Shown here piece by piece: positions 49,476-61,100 of a stretch of 64,000 bases of DNA. Below the pieces are notes generated by a model. That model was not told the origin of the DNA. It did not search any database and saw only the letters and a program-made list of their open reading frames with translations. Made by a program: the position numbers and the translations under genes. Each line of letters opens with the position of its first letter. The first letter of the stretch is position 1. Source of the stretch: Octopus sinensis (Eukaryota); contig NC_043002.1 of assembly GCF_006345805.1 (NCBI RefSeq), forward strand, positions 68,014,001 to 68,078,000. Reading direction: 5' to 3'.

Positions 49476-52400
49476 ATCATGGAACATATCAATAACCTAC
49501 ACATCACAGAGTTTACTGGGTTCGTTTTTTTCTTTACACCAGCATCAGTGAGGTAGCTATGTCCTTGACATACCTAGAAGGACCTCACTAGGTCTCGTGT
49601 TTGTTCACTCACCAATCTCTTTACAGAGTGAGAAGCTCAACTAATAGTGATAAGAAGGATTATAAACTATATGATATATTAATTCACATAGTTTAAAAGT
49701 GGAGTGACTTTGCTTCTTTCTAGGTCAGTGTGTTCTGAAATTGATAATGAAAGCCTATCAGGATTAAAAAGGAAAACTGATAATATTTGTCAAAGCTCAT
49801 TAAGGACTCAACATTCAGAGCTGATGCTGTAATAGTTCATGAATTATGTGGTAGTAGATTAATAATAGTGCATTAGTAGAGCGATTATTCAGCAGTACTT
49901 CCCCTAATTTAATGGAATCGGCCCAGAAGTAAAAGGCTGTACTATGGCTTTTACAATGTCTTCAAAACTGGTGAAATCCATTGGATTAATGTTCCACTTG
50001 AATAGTTGAATGTCTACACTGCTGGGAAAATATGTAAAAGAGAGGAAATGTTATCCCCCCTTCAATATGTAATTGAAGTGGGGATAACATTTACAGTATA
50101 GATGATAACAATTTATGAGGTGAGAGAACCTGGGTAGTGGTAGCAATTAATCAACCAGATGTAAGGAACAGAGATTACTATACTGGTTGGCCCTTTTTGC
50201 CGTTGGTCAACAGTATTGCAGAGACAGTAACTTAACACTGTTGTGTCTGGGCTGTTTCCAGGAGCCAATACCTGACCCTAAATACACTTACTACCTCTCC
50301 ATTCACAGATACGCCATGAAGAAAAACAACAGGTTAATAAATTTGCAATAACAAGAGCTGCAGGGGATCCAAGATATTAGTTACATATAACTGTACATAT
50401 CTGCTTTAGGGTTCCAATCTTTCATCCTCCAAACTTGTATTGGTCTGGTGCAACAAGTACCACAAGCCCAGTAGTTACCAGGACATAGGATTTTCATAGT
50501 GTTACCATCTCATAGATAAGTACCTAAAGAGCTGAAGGGCTTCACTTGCATTAGGTCTGTTGGAGTCTCTGTGAATCATCTTCTTCTGTATTTCTGTAAC
50601 ATGCTAATTAACCTGTAGTTGGGAGCCTGGCAGCACTACTACTCTGGTCAGAGTAGATCTGGGAACAATATTGGCTAAGAAGTGGTTTAAAGTCATACCT
50701 ACATTACTATATTTGTGTTATAAAAAAAATAGACAAAGAAGAAAGCACATCTGTGTGTCAGACAAGAGTGTGTTGGCAAGTGACTTCATGTCAGTTAGCA
50801 GGAGATTTCACTTTGAGTTTGTGTTTGGTTATAATTACTAGTAATATGTACTTTTCTACTCTAGGCACATGGCCCAAAATTTTTAGGGAGGGGACCAGTT
50901 GATTAGATCGACCCCAGTATGCAACTGATACTTAATTTATCGACCTCCGAAATGATGAAAGGCAAAGTCAACCTCGGTGGAATTTGAACCCAGAATGTAA
51001 AGACAGATGAAATTACTAGTAATATATTATTACATTAACTCCAATCAAGAAGAGCACAATAGTTTTTGGCTCCAGTTGTCTTCACCAGAATAAGATATCA
51101 CCCTCTTTATCAACCTAATCATTGTTGTTATCCTCATTGGACAAATGAAGGAGTCACTATGTAGCCATTCAATTTGTTAGAAACAGCAGCTAAATATTAC
51201 TCTGACTATATCTTACAGTCTCAAAAAATGTTTTTGTTTAAAAAAATGATACATTGGATAATGTGGGTTGAGGTACACTTCACCAGGAGGAAATTACGAC
51301 AGAATAGTCATGGACAGAAAGCTTTTCATCAAAGTCTGCTCAGTCAGAGCCAAGTTAGGGATAAACAATAATAATCCTTGTTATCCTCATCATCATCATC
51401 ATCACCACCATCGTCATCGTCATCGCCATCATCATCATCATTGTCATCGTTGTCGTTGTCATCATCATCATCATCATTATTGTCCCTTTCTGCTCTTCAC
51501 TTCCTCTTCTTCTTCTTCCTTCTCATCTTCCTCCTTCCCCTCATCATCATCCCTGTTGTGGCAGACACCTCTAGGTGAGAAGTGGGCTGGTCCACTACTA
51601 ATATACAGTGGACTGACACAGTCAATAATGTCAGTCAGCAAGGTTTGCTGTTCGGGCCAGTTCCTCAGAGATGACGAAATACATCATCATAATGCTGGAC
51701 ATAATAGTGGCGACAAGGAGTTGTAGCTCACACAGCCACTGATGTGTAGTAGCAGGACATAACAGTGGCAATAAGGATACTTCCCACTGTATAACAGTGT
51801 CATTATAACAGTTGTAATGAGGTTACAAACACTTGTAGGAGTGTCAAAATGGAAGACCTACATTCAAGAACAATGAAAGTTAATTTGAAGGTTTTGAACT
51901 CAAACACAGAGTTGAGCTTCACACAGTGAAAAATATATAAAAAAAAAGGCTTACACAGAATTGAACTACACACAAGGGAAAGTAATATACCCATAGTGAA
52001 AATATATATATAAAAAAAGATTCCAAAGAAAAAGAAATGTCTGATAAAATTGGAACTCTAATACAGAACTGAACTACATGCAGTGAAAAATAATAATAAT
52101 AAGTCCGTTCAAAGGATTTATAAGTCAGGTCACTACCAGTAATAATGTAGTCTTGGTACTACCTGTGGCATTCAGTTGTTAGTTGCCAAGACGCTGCATC
52201 CTTACATATGCCTCCATACACATGCACACATGTATATCATGACTCATACATTGTTCATTTTCCTGACTTTTGTACATAATTCTATGTATTGTACATGCAC
52301 CTTTGATGAGTTGTAGGGCACCTGAGCACTATACACAATAATTTCGTTATCTTTATTATTATAATGCCCTTTTTCTCAAATTTTGTAACATAAGCTTTCA

Positions 52401-54139
52401 GTATGATTCTATAGGAAATTGAATAAAATACTTGTAGAGATAATGATATCATCATCGTCATCATCATCATCATAATCATCATCACCATCACTATCATCAT
52501 CGTCATTGTTATTCTCATCATCATCATCGTCGTCATCATCATCATCATCATCATTATCATCATCACCATCATTATCATCCTCACCATCATCATTGTCATC
52601 ATTGTCATTTTAACATTCGCTTTCCCATGCTTTCCTGGATCGGATGGAGTGTGTTGAGGTGGATTTTCCATGGCCAGATGTCCTTCCTGTCACCAACCCT
52701 CACTTGTTTCCCCATCTCCTGGCAGGTTTCCATGTTAGATTCAAAATGGGCACTATTTGCATGACAGTGGCACTCATTTACAACTATTCTGTGAAGGAGA
52801 CAATAACACACACATACACACACAGACCCATTTTGCATAGCATGTGTAATGCCATGATTATTATTATTATTATTATTACTATTATTATTATTATTATAGC
52901 CTTTTTCTCAAATTTTGTAACATAAGCTTTCAGTATGACTCTATAGGAAATAAAATAAAATACTTATAGAGATATAGATATTATTACCATCATCATCATC
53001 ATTGTCATCATCATCATCGTTGTCGTCATCATCATCATCACCTTGAGGCACTAATGATTCTGCCAGCTAATAATAATGCTGATGATGATGATGATGATGA
53101 CGACAACAACTATGATAATAATAATGATCATGATGAGCTGCTGGTGGTGGTGGTGATCATCACCATATACCAGGGTAGATATCCTCCTCCTCATCATCAT
53201 CATCACCATCATATACCAGGGCAGGAGTAACTTGTGGCCCTTAATGATCCTTTTTGCATAGCCTGTCATATATATATGACAAGCTTCTTTCAGTTTCTGC
53301 CAACCAAGTCTACTTATAAGGCTTTGTTTGACCCTGGGAAATAGTAGAAAACACTCAAGGTGCCATGCAGTGGGACTTATCCCTTAAAGTATAAGGATGG
53401 GAAGCAAGTTTCTTATCATATACCTTTGTCTGCACCTATATCTCAAATATATATATCCTTTTTCCTCCATTTCCTGCTTACCAACAGAAAATAGACCCCT
53501 TCTGATCTTGTTGGTATAGTTATTCAATAGTAGACAGCATGTGGTTTGCAAACACAGATTCAAAATTACAATTAATTAATTCAGTGACAAACAACAGCTT
53601 TAGTTATGTGATTATAATAGAAAAAGTGAGATGTGTATAATACTATGAGAATGTACATATGCATTTTTTTCTTAAAGAAAGTCAACTGAATAATTTATGC
53701 TATAGAAACTATTCAAATTTCATTTTCTTGTATTTTCTTGTTTGTAAGGATAATGCAAACAAGCAAATAATGGCTAATGGCATAAAGAAAAGTAGATAAT
53801 CTATACATATAAATTTGACATGGACGATTCTTTCTTGTCTTGGGATGTATGGTCAAACAGCAGGGTGGAATTGCGCGAAAAATTACACAGATGTGTAGAA
53901 TGATCAGGTGGTGATACTGGGCTTTGTATTTTTTTCATAGCTCCTATGGTTACTGAGATAATCTACTATAATAATACTCTTGTGTTTATGAATGAGAAAG
54001 GAAGGGATGATAGATGAATAAGGAAGGAAGGGATGATGAAAATTGTAGGCTGAAAAAATAATCAAAACTGTTTCAACTCTGTGTGAATATATGTGCGTGT
54101 ATGTAAAAGTGGGGTATGTGAATGTGTGCATGTGCATGT

Positions 54140-54178
<39 letters not shown>

Positions 54179-54431
54179 ATGCGTGCGTGCAATGGAAGTA
54201 GGATGGTTCATCTTTGCTTAGTATTTGGAATTATTTTTTGAGTTGGTTGAATCTTGTTTTTTTTTGTTGGCCAATTATTTTTAGCGTTTTGATAGAAAAA
54301 AGTCATTCTAAAATTGTTTTATTAATGTAAGCGTGCCCAAACAAGTCAAATGCTTGCACAGAGCAGGTTTTACAGTCGCATCATCCAAACCGACTAGGTG
54401 AAACCGGGCTCAGCTGCTAGTATAAAATATA

Positions 54432-54680
54432 AATAAATAAATGCGCCCTTTTAAAGCCTAGCCAGGCTCATGGGCCTAGTTTCCCGGTTTCAATGGCGTA
54501 TGTGTTCCCCAGCTGGACAGGATGCCATTCCCTCGCAGCGTTACTCATTTTTGCCAGCTGAGTGGACTGGAGCAACATGAAATGAAGTGTTTTGCTCAAG
54601 AACACAACGCGTCATCCGGTCCAGGAAGTGAAACCACAATCTTACAACACCCTAACCACTAAGCCACGCGCCTCCTTTTT
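54432..54680 (-). mobile_element. tRNA-derived SINE with V-domain-like core, 13-bp TSD
   Basis: ggaggcgcgtggcttagtggttag head, gtgttcttgagcaaaacactt and ggcatcctgtccag motifs, (ttta)n tail; TSD agtataaaatata at 54419-54431 and 54681-54693. Confidence 0.82.
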
Positions 54681-55254
54681 AGTATAAAATATACTTGTTT
54701 TTATATTGGGAGGAAATAACAATAAGTAAATGATATTTTTCATTCAGTTTAATATGCCTTGTGTTTTAAATCATCGAATTTGATTCTGTTGAGGCAAAAT
54801 AAAGAGCTAAAGGCTCACTAAAAGCTAAAAGAAAGAGGGAGAGATGGGAGAGAGACAGAGAGAGAATGAAAGAGAAGCAGAGAGAGAAAGAGAGGGAAGG
54901 AGAGAGAGAAACCACTATGTAAAACAACTTGCAAATGGTTGCTTCTCTTGCTGCATAATCTCTCTCATCCTCCTGCTGTTCTCACTATCTCTCATCTCCC
55001 AAATCTGACACTAGACATTTCGCCTATTTCTTTTTTTTCTCCTTAACACTGCAGCCATCTGGAATATTCGCCCAGCCTTTATATTCCTTACTGACGTCAG
55101 TCTCCAGACATTTGAATTGAACACCAGCTGTATGCAAATTTCAGAGGAGGATAGTTAATTTAGTTGACCTCAGTACTTGCACCTCAGAATATAAAGAGCT
55201 GAAAGAAATAGTGCCAAAAGCATTTTTTTCTTGAAGCACTAATGATTCTGCCAG

Positions 55255-55268
55255 CTAATAATAATACT

Positions 55269-55299
<31 letters not shown>

Positions 55300-55384
55300 A
55301 TGTTGGTAATGATGACGACGACGGTGATGATGATGATGTGCTGGTGGTGGTTGTGGTGGTGGTGATGGATGCGGTGTTGGTGAC

Positions 55385-55417
<33 letters not shown>

Positions 55418-55660
55418 GGTGATGATGATGATGATGATGGTGATGATGACGACGACGACGACAATGATGATGATGAGCTGGTGGTGGTGGTGGTGGCGGT
55501 GGTAACGACAATGATGACGACAACGACGACGACGATGATGATGATGAGCTGGTGGTGACAGTGGTGGTGGTGGTAATGATGATGATGATAATGATGAGCT
55601 GCTGATGGTGGTAGTAGTGGTGATGATGATAATGATGATGATGATGAAGATGATGAAGCA
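55255..55660. repeat. Compound (GAT/GGT/GAC)n trinucleotide array
   Basis: Directly visible. Confidence 0.95.
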
Positions 55661-57063
55661 GAAGAGAAAGGGGAGGAGAGTCACTCTCTGTAGTATTTGA
55701 ATGCAGAATCTAAAAAAAAAGCATAGCTAAATGCTTAATTACTGATATGCTAAACAACAGGTTTTTGGCAAATATACTAATACTTCAGCACATATCTATT
55801 GTGTCTATAAGTCTTATGTAACACTGCATACATAATTGACTGGAAAAAAAAGCAAACAGATGTCTACGCTATCTTTTTACAGGCAGAATAAGTCAAAATC
55901 AGATAACCTGGCTTGTTTGTATGAGCATTTATTTCAATTTGTCCAATGCTTTCAATAACACAGAGAATGTCAACTAAAACTTGTATTACTACAATAGATA
56001 TACTCTGTCAGACAAGCATATTATCCAAAAACCAGCTGCTTAGCAAACCAATGATTAATTAACTGACCAACTGCCATTAAAGGGCTACTTAAGTAAACTG
56101 GATTTTCCAGTTAATCTATGTCCTTTACTAATAATGACCATTACAGTAACATTGTATATTTTTATTCATAAAAAAATGTTCATCTATTAATTCAGGTACA
56201 GAGCATTCTACTCTGATCGGTGCAGTTGACTTTCTTAAGAGAATGCAAAAAAATGGAAGTTTTGTTGAAGTAAGAAAAGGGTATGTAGTGACTCCTGGCG
56301 GTCAAGCAGGAAAGCAAAACGAAAAAGGGATCTAATGAGAGTAATCTCCTTCGACCTTCTTGAAAATTCTTGGACATTCTAGAAGCTTCCAATTAACTTC
56401 TGGATGATATAGAAGTCAGGGACTTCCGGTTCATCCCTTATATAAAAGAACACATTTCTAATTTTGTGCTACTCCTGCCTGTCGGATCCTAGATATGCAC
56501 TGAGTCATGCCACTCACATACACACCTGCATGAGCGGATGTTCGCCTCATTTGCTTTGAGACATGTGGTTGCAAAATATGTTCCTGTGATGTTACAAGCT
56601 TTACCCTTCAATTAACCTTATATGTTAATGCATTACATCCAGTAATAAATATGTTATGACTTATTACGAACGTCTTACAAATTCTTATTTCCTTGTTGTT
56701 TACATACAAGATGGTGACCCCTCTTTCTTGCATGCAATTATAAAAATTATAGGATGTCACTTACTGACATTCACTATAAAATGGTGACCCTGACTTGATG
56801 CATGTATTGATTTTTTCCTATTTTACTACTTGTTTTGCAAGCACATGTTTCTGCTACCTTGTTTTGCTTCGTATCTGCCCTGGATCACTACAATGATATT
56901 GCTTATCAACTTCTTGTCTGAGGAGGGAGTTATGTAGTGATCTCTAGCGGTCAAGCAAGAAAGCAAAACTGGCGACCCCACTTTCTCATATGCAATTATA
57001 AAAATTATAGGCTGTCACTTACTGACATTCTCTATATGTATAACAATTTTTTTACAAGATGTA

Positions 57064-57263
57064 TGGGGGATGTTGAAAAGTTCTTGACTTTAAGAGTATT
57101 GTGAAAGGCCTGGTTGGAGCCTAACCTTCCAAGTTCTTTTACAGGGCTTAGGAAAACTAAAGGGCTGCTGCAATAAGTGTGTGAATCTGAAAGGGAAATA
57201 TGTTGAATAAAATCATAATCAACTGATCCTCCTGCATTTCCTTTTACCCAAGGCCAAGAACTT
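57064..57263 (+). mobile_element. Mariner-derived MITE (same family as 8381-8832)
   Basis: Encodes mariner C-terminus GKLKGCCNKCVNLKGKYVE*; TA-flanked left TIR. Confidence 0.75.
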
Positions 57264-57316
57264 GATATTTACAAGGGCGTGCTGGAAGTTCTTGGCCTTG
57301 GGTAAAAGGAAATGCA

Positions 57317-57533
57317 GGCGGCGAGCTGGTAGAATCGTTAGCACGCCGGGCGAAATGCTTAGCAGTATTTCGCCTGCGGTTACGTTCTGAGTTCAAATTC
57401 CGCCGAGGTTGACTTTGCCTTTCATCCTTTCGGGGTCGATTAAATAAGTACCAGTTACGCACTGGGGTCGATATAATCGACTTAATCCATTTGTCCCCTC
57501 TGTGTTTAGCCCCTTGTGGGTAGTAAAGAAATA
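57317..57533 (+). mobile_element. Family A SINE (young, CpG-intact)
   Basis: Near-consensus head, B-box, central domain and tail. Confidence 0.9.
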
Positions 57534-57569
57534 GTAAATATCAAAGACAGATAAAATCCTATTATTGTG

Positions 57570-58076
57570 AAATAACACATCAGAATTGCTAAAGCATGGA
57601 ATCAACCTCTCGTATCAGTTGTTTGTTGTTGGGACACTATATCCGTCAACACTTCCATACTGCCTGAAATTCACTCACAGTACACCTTATCTCCCTCACC
57701 TTTTATTTTTGAACAACTTGTTCACTATAGTAAAGATGGTTTGCCAACATAATATGGCAGTCCTAGTTCAGGAGACATTGTCTCCAGCTGGCTATATGAC
57801 ACAATCTGTGTCCTCATATTTTCAAACAAGGGAACATTAGTCCTAAACCAGGACTGCCATGTTATGTTGGCAAACAATCTTTACTACAAAGTACTGTTGC
57901 TGAATATCTTACATTGTCAGATTAAAAATTAGTAATTTTCTAACTCATTCACTGTTCACTTCCTGTGTATTATTCTATGAACTGTTCATGCAGTTTTGGT
58001 TACTTTTTCTGATGAGTTGTAGTGCATCTGAGCACTGTATACAATAAGTTCATTATCATAATAATTATTATTATTG
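57570..58076 (+). mobile_element. CR1 3' end remnant with an inserted MITE (57730-57884)
   Basis: RIAKAWNQPLVSVVCCWDT matches 31116-31679; terminal gatgagttgtagtgcatctgagcactg + (att)n. MITE has ~35-bp TIRs with 2 mismatches and TA flanks. A further CR1 tail lies at 52305-52362. Confidence 0.7.
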
Positions 58077-58345
58077 TTTTGATTCTTGCTGTTCTATTTG
58101 AAGTTGTTCTTTAGTTGAAAGCAAGCAATAATAAATCACCAAAGGTTTCAAGTAGTGCCTTCTCCTGTGACTCAAAGAGACAATACTCTCCTTAGAATGC
58201 GAGCTGTACCCAACAATGCTGTCTTCTGGATCACTTTGAGCCTGGAAAGCAGCTCCAATATCCTTAATATGGTTTTCAAAGCTCTTGAAAACTGCTCCTA
58301 ATGCTCCAGTTACCACCAGTATTTCCATTACTTTCCTCATTACTA
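58071..58345 (-). mobile_element. R4/Dong-type LINE 3' end
   Basis: ILVVTGALGAV...KHIKDIG... followed by a shifted QKTALLGTARILR-like segment; (aat)n tail; 5' side abuts a (tat/tag/cag)n array. Confidence 0.68.
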
Positions 58346-59179
58346 TTATTATTATTATTATTAGTAGTAGTAGTAGTAGTAGTAGTAGTAGCAGCAGCAG
58401 CAGCAGTAGTAGTAGCAGCAGCAGCAGTGCCAGTGGTAGTGGTGGTGGTGGTAGTAGTAGTAGTAGTAGATTATTTCTAACATATTTTGCCATGATAAAG
58501 CCCTACTGTGTATTTGTTGGTGGACTTCAAATTTAGATTTGAATGAGAAGGATTTCTCATCTTTCACAATTAAGAGACTTCCTTCCTGTGTACATTCGTC
58601 TGAGTGTTTTTAAGTGACTCTTTGTAATGAAAGATTTCTCACTTATCTCACAGTGATGAATGTGACAGTGTTTATGATCTATAAGAGTACAATTGGCAGG
58701 GAAAGTTTTCCCACATAACTTAAAATGAAACGGGTTTTCCCTCTTACCAAATGTACTTTATTTCATCCACTGAATAAAACAGAAGTAATATTAAAACTAG
58801 CCCTCTGTGTATCATACTTAATGCAGGTCATCATCATCATCATCATCATCATCAATATCAAGAATATTATTTCTTGAGGAATACCTCAATACATTTGCCA
58901 TTTTACATTTTTTTTTGTGATGTGTAAAAATGAATACTTCCTTCTCCAAGCTTAGATTTGAAACCAAGTTGATGCATGTATTGATATGCATGATTTTCTC
59001 ACTCAGTAATACAAATAGTAATCCTTTCTACTATAGGCACAAGCCCTGATAGATAGATAGGCAGATAGATAGATAGATAGATTGTGTTATCATACTACCA
59101 ATCTATCTATTTAAATTTTGGTTAAAACCATGGGAATTTTATGTGCAAGTCTGCCAACACAATGCAACATAGACTTTAA

Positions 59180-59207
59180 AAAATATCTATATATGTATAT
59201 GTATACA

Positions 59208-59276
<69 letters not shown>

Positions 59277-59293
59277 GTATATATATATATATG

Positions 59294-59363
<70 letters not shown>

Positions 59364-59404
59364 GTATGTATATATATATATATATATAATATATATGTAT
59401 GTAA

Positions 59405-59440
<36 letters not shown>

Positions 59441-59449
59441 ATATATATG

Positions 59450-59540
<91 letters not shown>
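59180..59540. repeat. Long (AT)n microsatellite (~360 bp)
   Basis: Directly visible. Confidence 0.97.
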
Positions 59541-59940
59541 CTAGCACTATGACCCGGCGTTGTTCATTGCCAGGTTGCAGTCAAAATTTCTCACTAAATC
59601 AAGAGCTAAGTTTCTTATCACATTTTAGCTCAGGCCAGTTTTGTTGTTTATGAGCTAGTTGGAGCTTTTTATGAGAGTAATTAATATTCATTGGACTTCG
59701 GTTTTTACACCTGGAACGGCATAATCCTGGAAAATTAGCGGGACTGTGCACATGCCATTAGTTGGAAAAAAAGGAGACATATGAAAGCGAAAAACTCGAA
59801 TTTGGCCGCAAAATAGCATGATTTTGAAAATGCACATTAATCTTGTTTGTTGAGTTTTGGTTTTACACCCAACCAAGTTCTGTGCAATCAGTGTTGTGAC
59901 AGGAATGCATATATAATACGTATAGTTATTTTTGTATATA
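59541..59940 (-). mobile_element. Non-autonomous Helitron-like element
   Basis: Minus 3' end CTAG|T with subterminal hairpin acctggc...gccgggt a few nt upstream. Confidence 0.5.
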
Positions 59941-59942
59941 TA

Positions 59943-60934
59943 TCTATAATATAAATTGGATATGGGAGATCATTGTATTCTTTCTTGTTTTGAGGTTTAC
60001 AGCCAAACGGCTGGGTGAATTTGTGTGAAAAATGGCACACGTGTGGAGACGGATGCATAGATTGGAATGTGGTATGTATTTCTTTCTAGCCCCCATAGTT
60101 ACCGAGAAAATCTATTAAAACTTTTTCTAATGGAATTCCCCTGTTTGTTCCATCATTAAAACAACCAGTTGCTCACAAAACCGGCATATACCATTTCGCT
60201 AGCAACAAGAGGAGTACAGGATGACAGTCAGCAAAAACTTTCGCTATGCTGTCTCTCTTCTTTCACCTCTTTGTGGGGTTAATAATCTTAATCTTTAGTT
60301 ACAGTTTCTCATTCAAACCACATAATAGGCAAAATTGTCGGATTAAGACAGTAGGGTGTTTTGAGGGAGATTTGGCTGCTATTTCTACCAGGTCTAGATA
60401 CTATGTAGAGGTCTGAACTTAATTTTCACACCCACATTTGCATTTCAAAAATTTAACATAATCTTTTCCATAAATCAACTATCATAAAAATTTTATACAA
60501 TAAGCACGCACGCACGCACACACACACATACACACACACACTCACAAACACACACACATCCATTTCATATATCTTTCAATTTCTGCTGCCTGAAAATAAA
60601 ATTTTTACGCATTTAACTACTTACAAAAATAGGGATTAACGTATAATTTCTTTTTATGTTCATAATTAAATCAATGTTTTAATGATTAGACAGAGGTTCA
60701 ATAGAATAACTCTCACAAACAGACTACGTACAAATTCATTCTTCACAACTCCTGAAGCTGTTTTCTGACAAGGGGGTGGGGAGTCAGGAAATTTTCCTAC
60801 AGCTGAAGGCTCCAATCAAAACAGGGGACCCGAAATGATAAAGTTGAGAAACACTGTTATAGATAATGCCTAACGAAAAACGATCACAGCCACATCATCC
60901 AAACAGACCAGGTGAAACCAGGCTTAGCTGCTAG
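59943..60934 (+). mobile_element. Non-autonomous Helitron-like element
   Basis: 5' TCtataatataaa; 3' hairpin ccaggtgaaaccagg + ctgCTAG|T. The same 3' end occurs at 54373-54421. Confidence 0.5.
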
Positions 60935-61020
60935 TATATATGATTGATTTTTCCAGTTTCAGCTAATGAGCTGTGGCCATGCTGGGGCACCGCCAATATA
61001 TATATATATATATATATATA

Positions 61021-61100
61021 CTTTATTTAAAGCAGCAGAAAATTCAACAAAATCTGTTACTCTGAGTTTCTCGTTGCCGTTCATCAGACAGTTTTTGCTA
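61021..61100 (-). ncRNA. Minimal type I hammerhead ribozyme motif within a Penelope-like repeat
   Basis: Minus 61091-61054: ctgt-CUGAUGA-acg gcaa cga-GAA-ACUC a GAGU-A-acag; degenerate inverted copy at 36579-36616. Confidence 0.6.
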
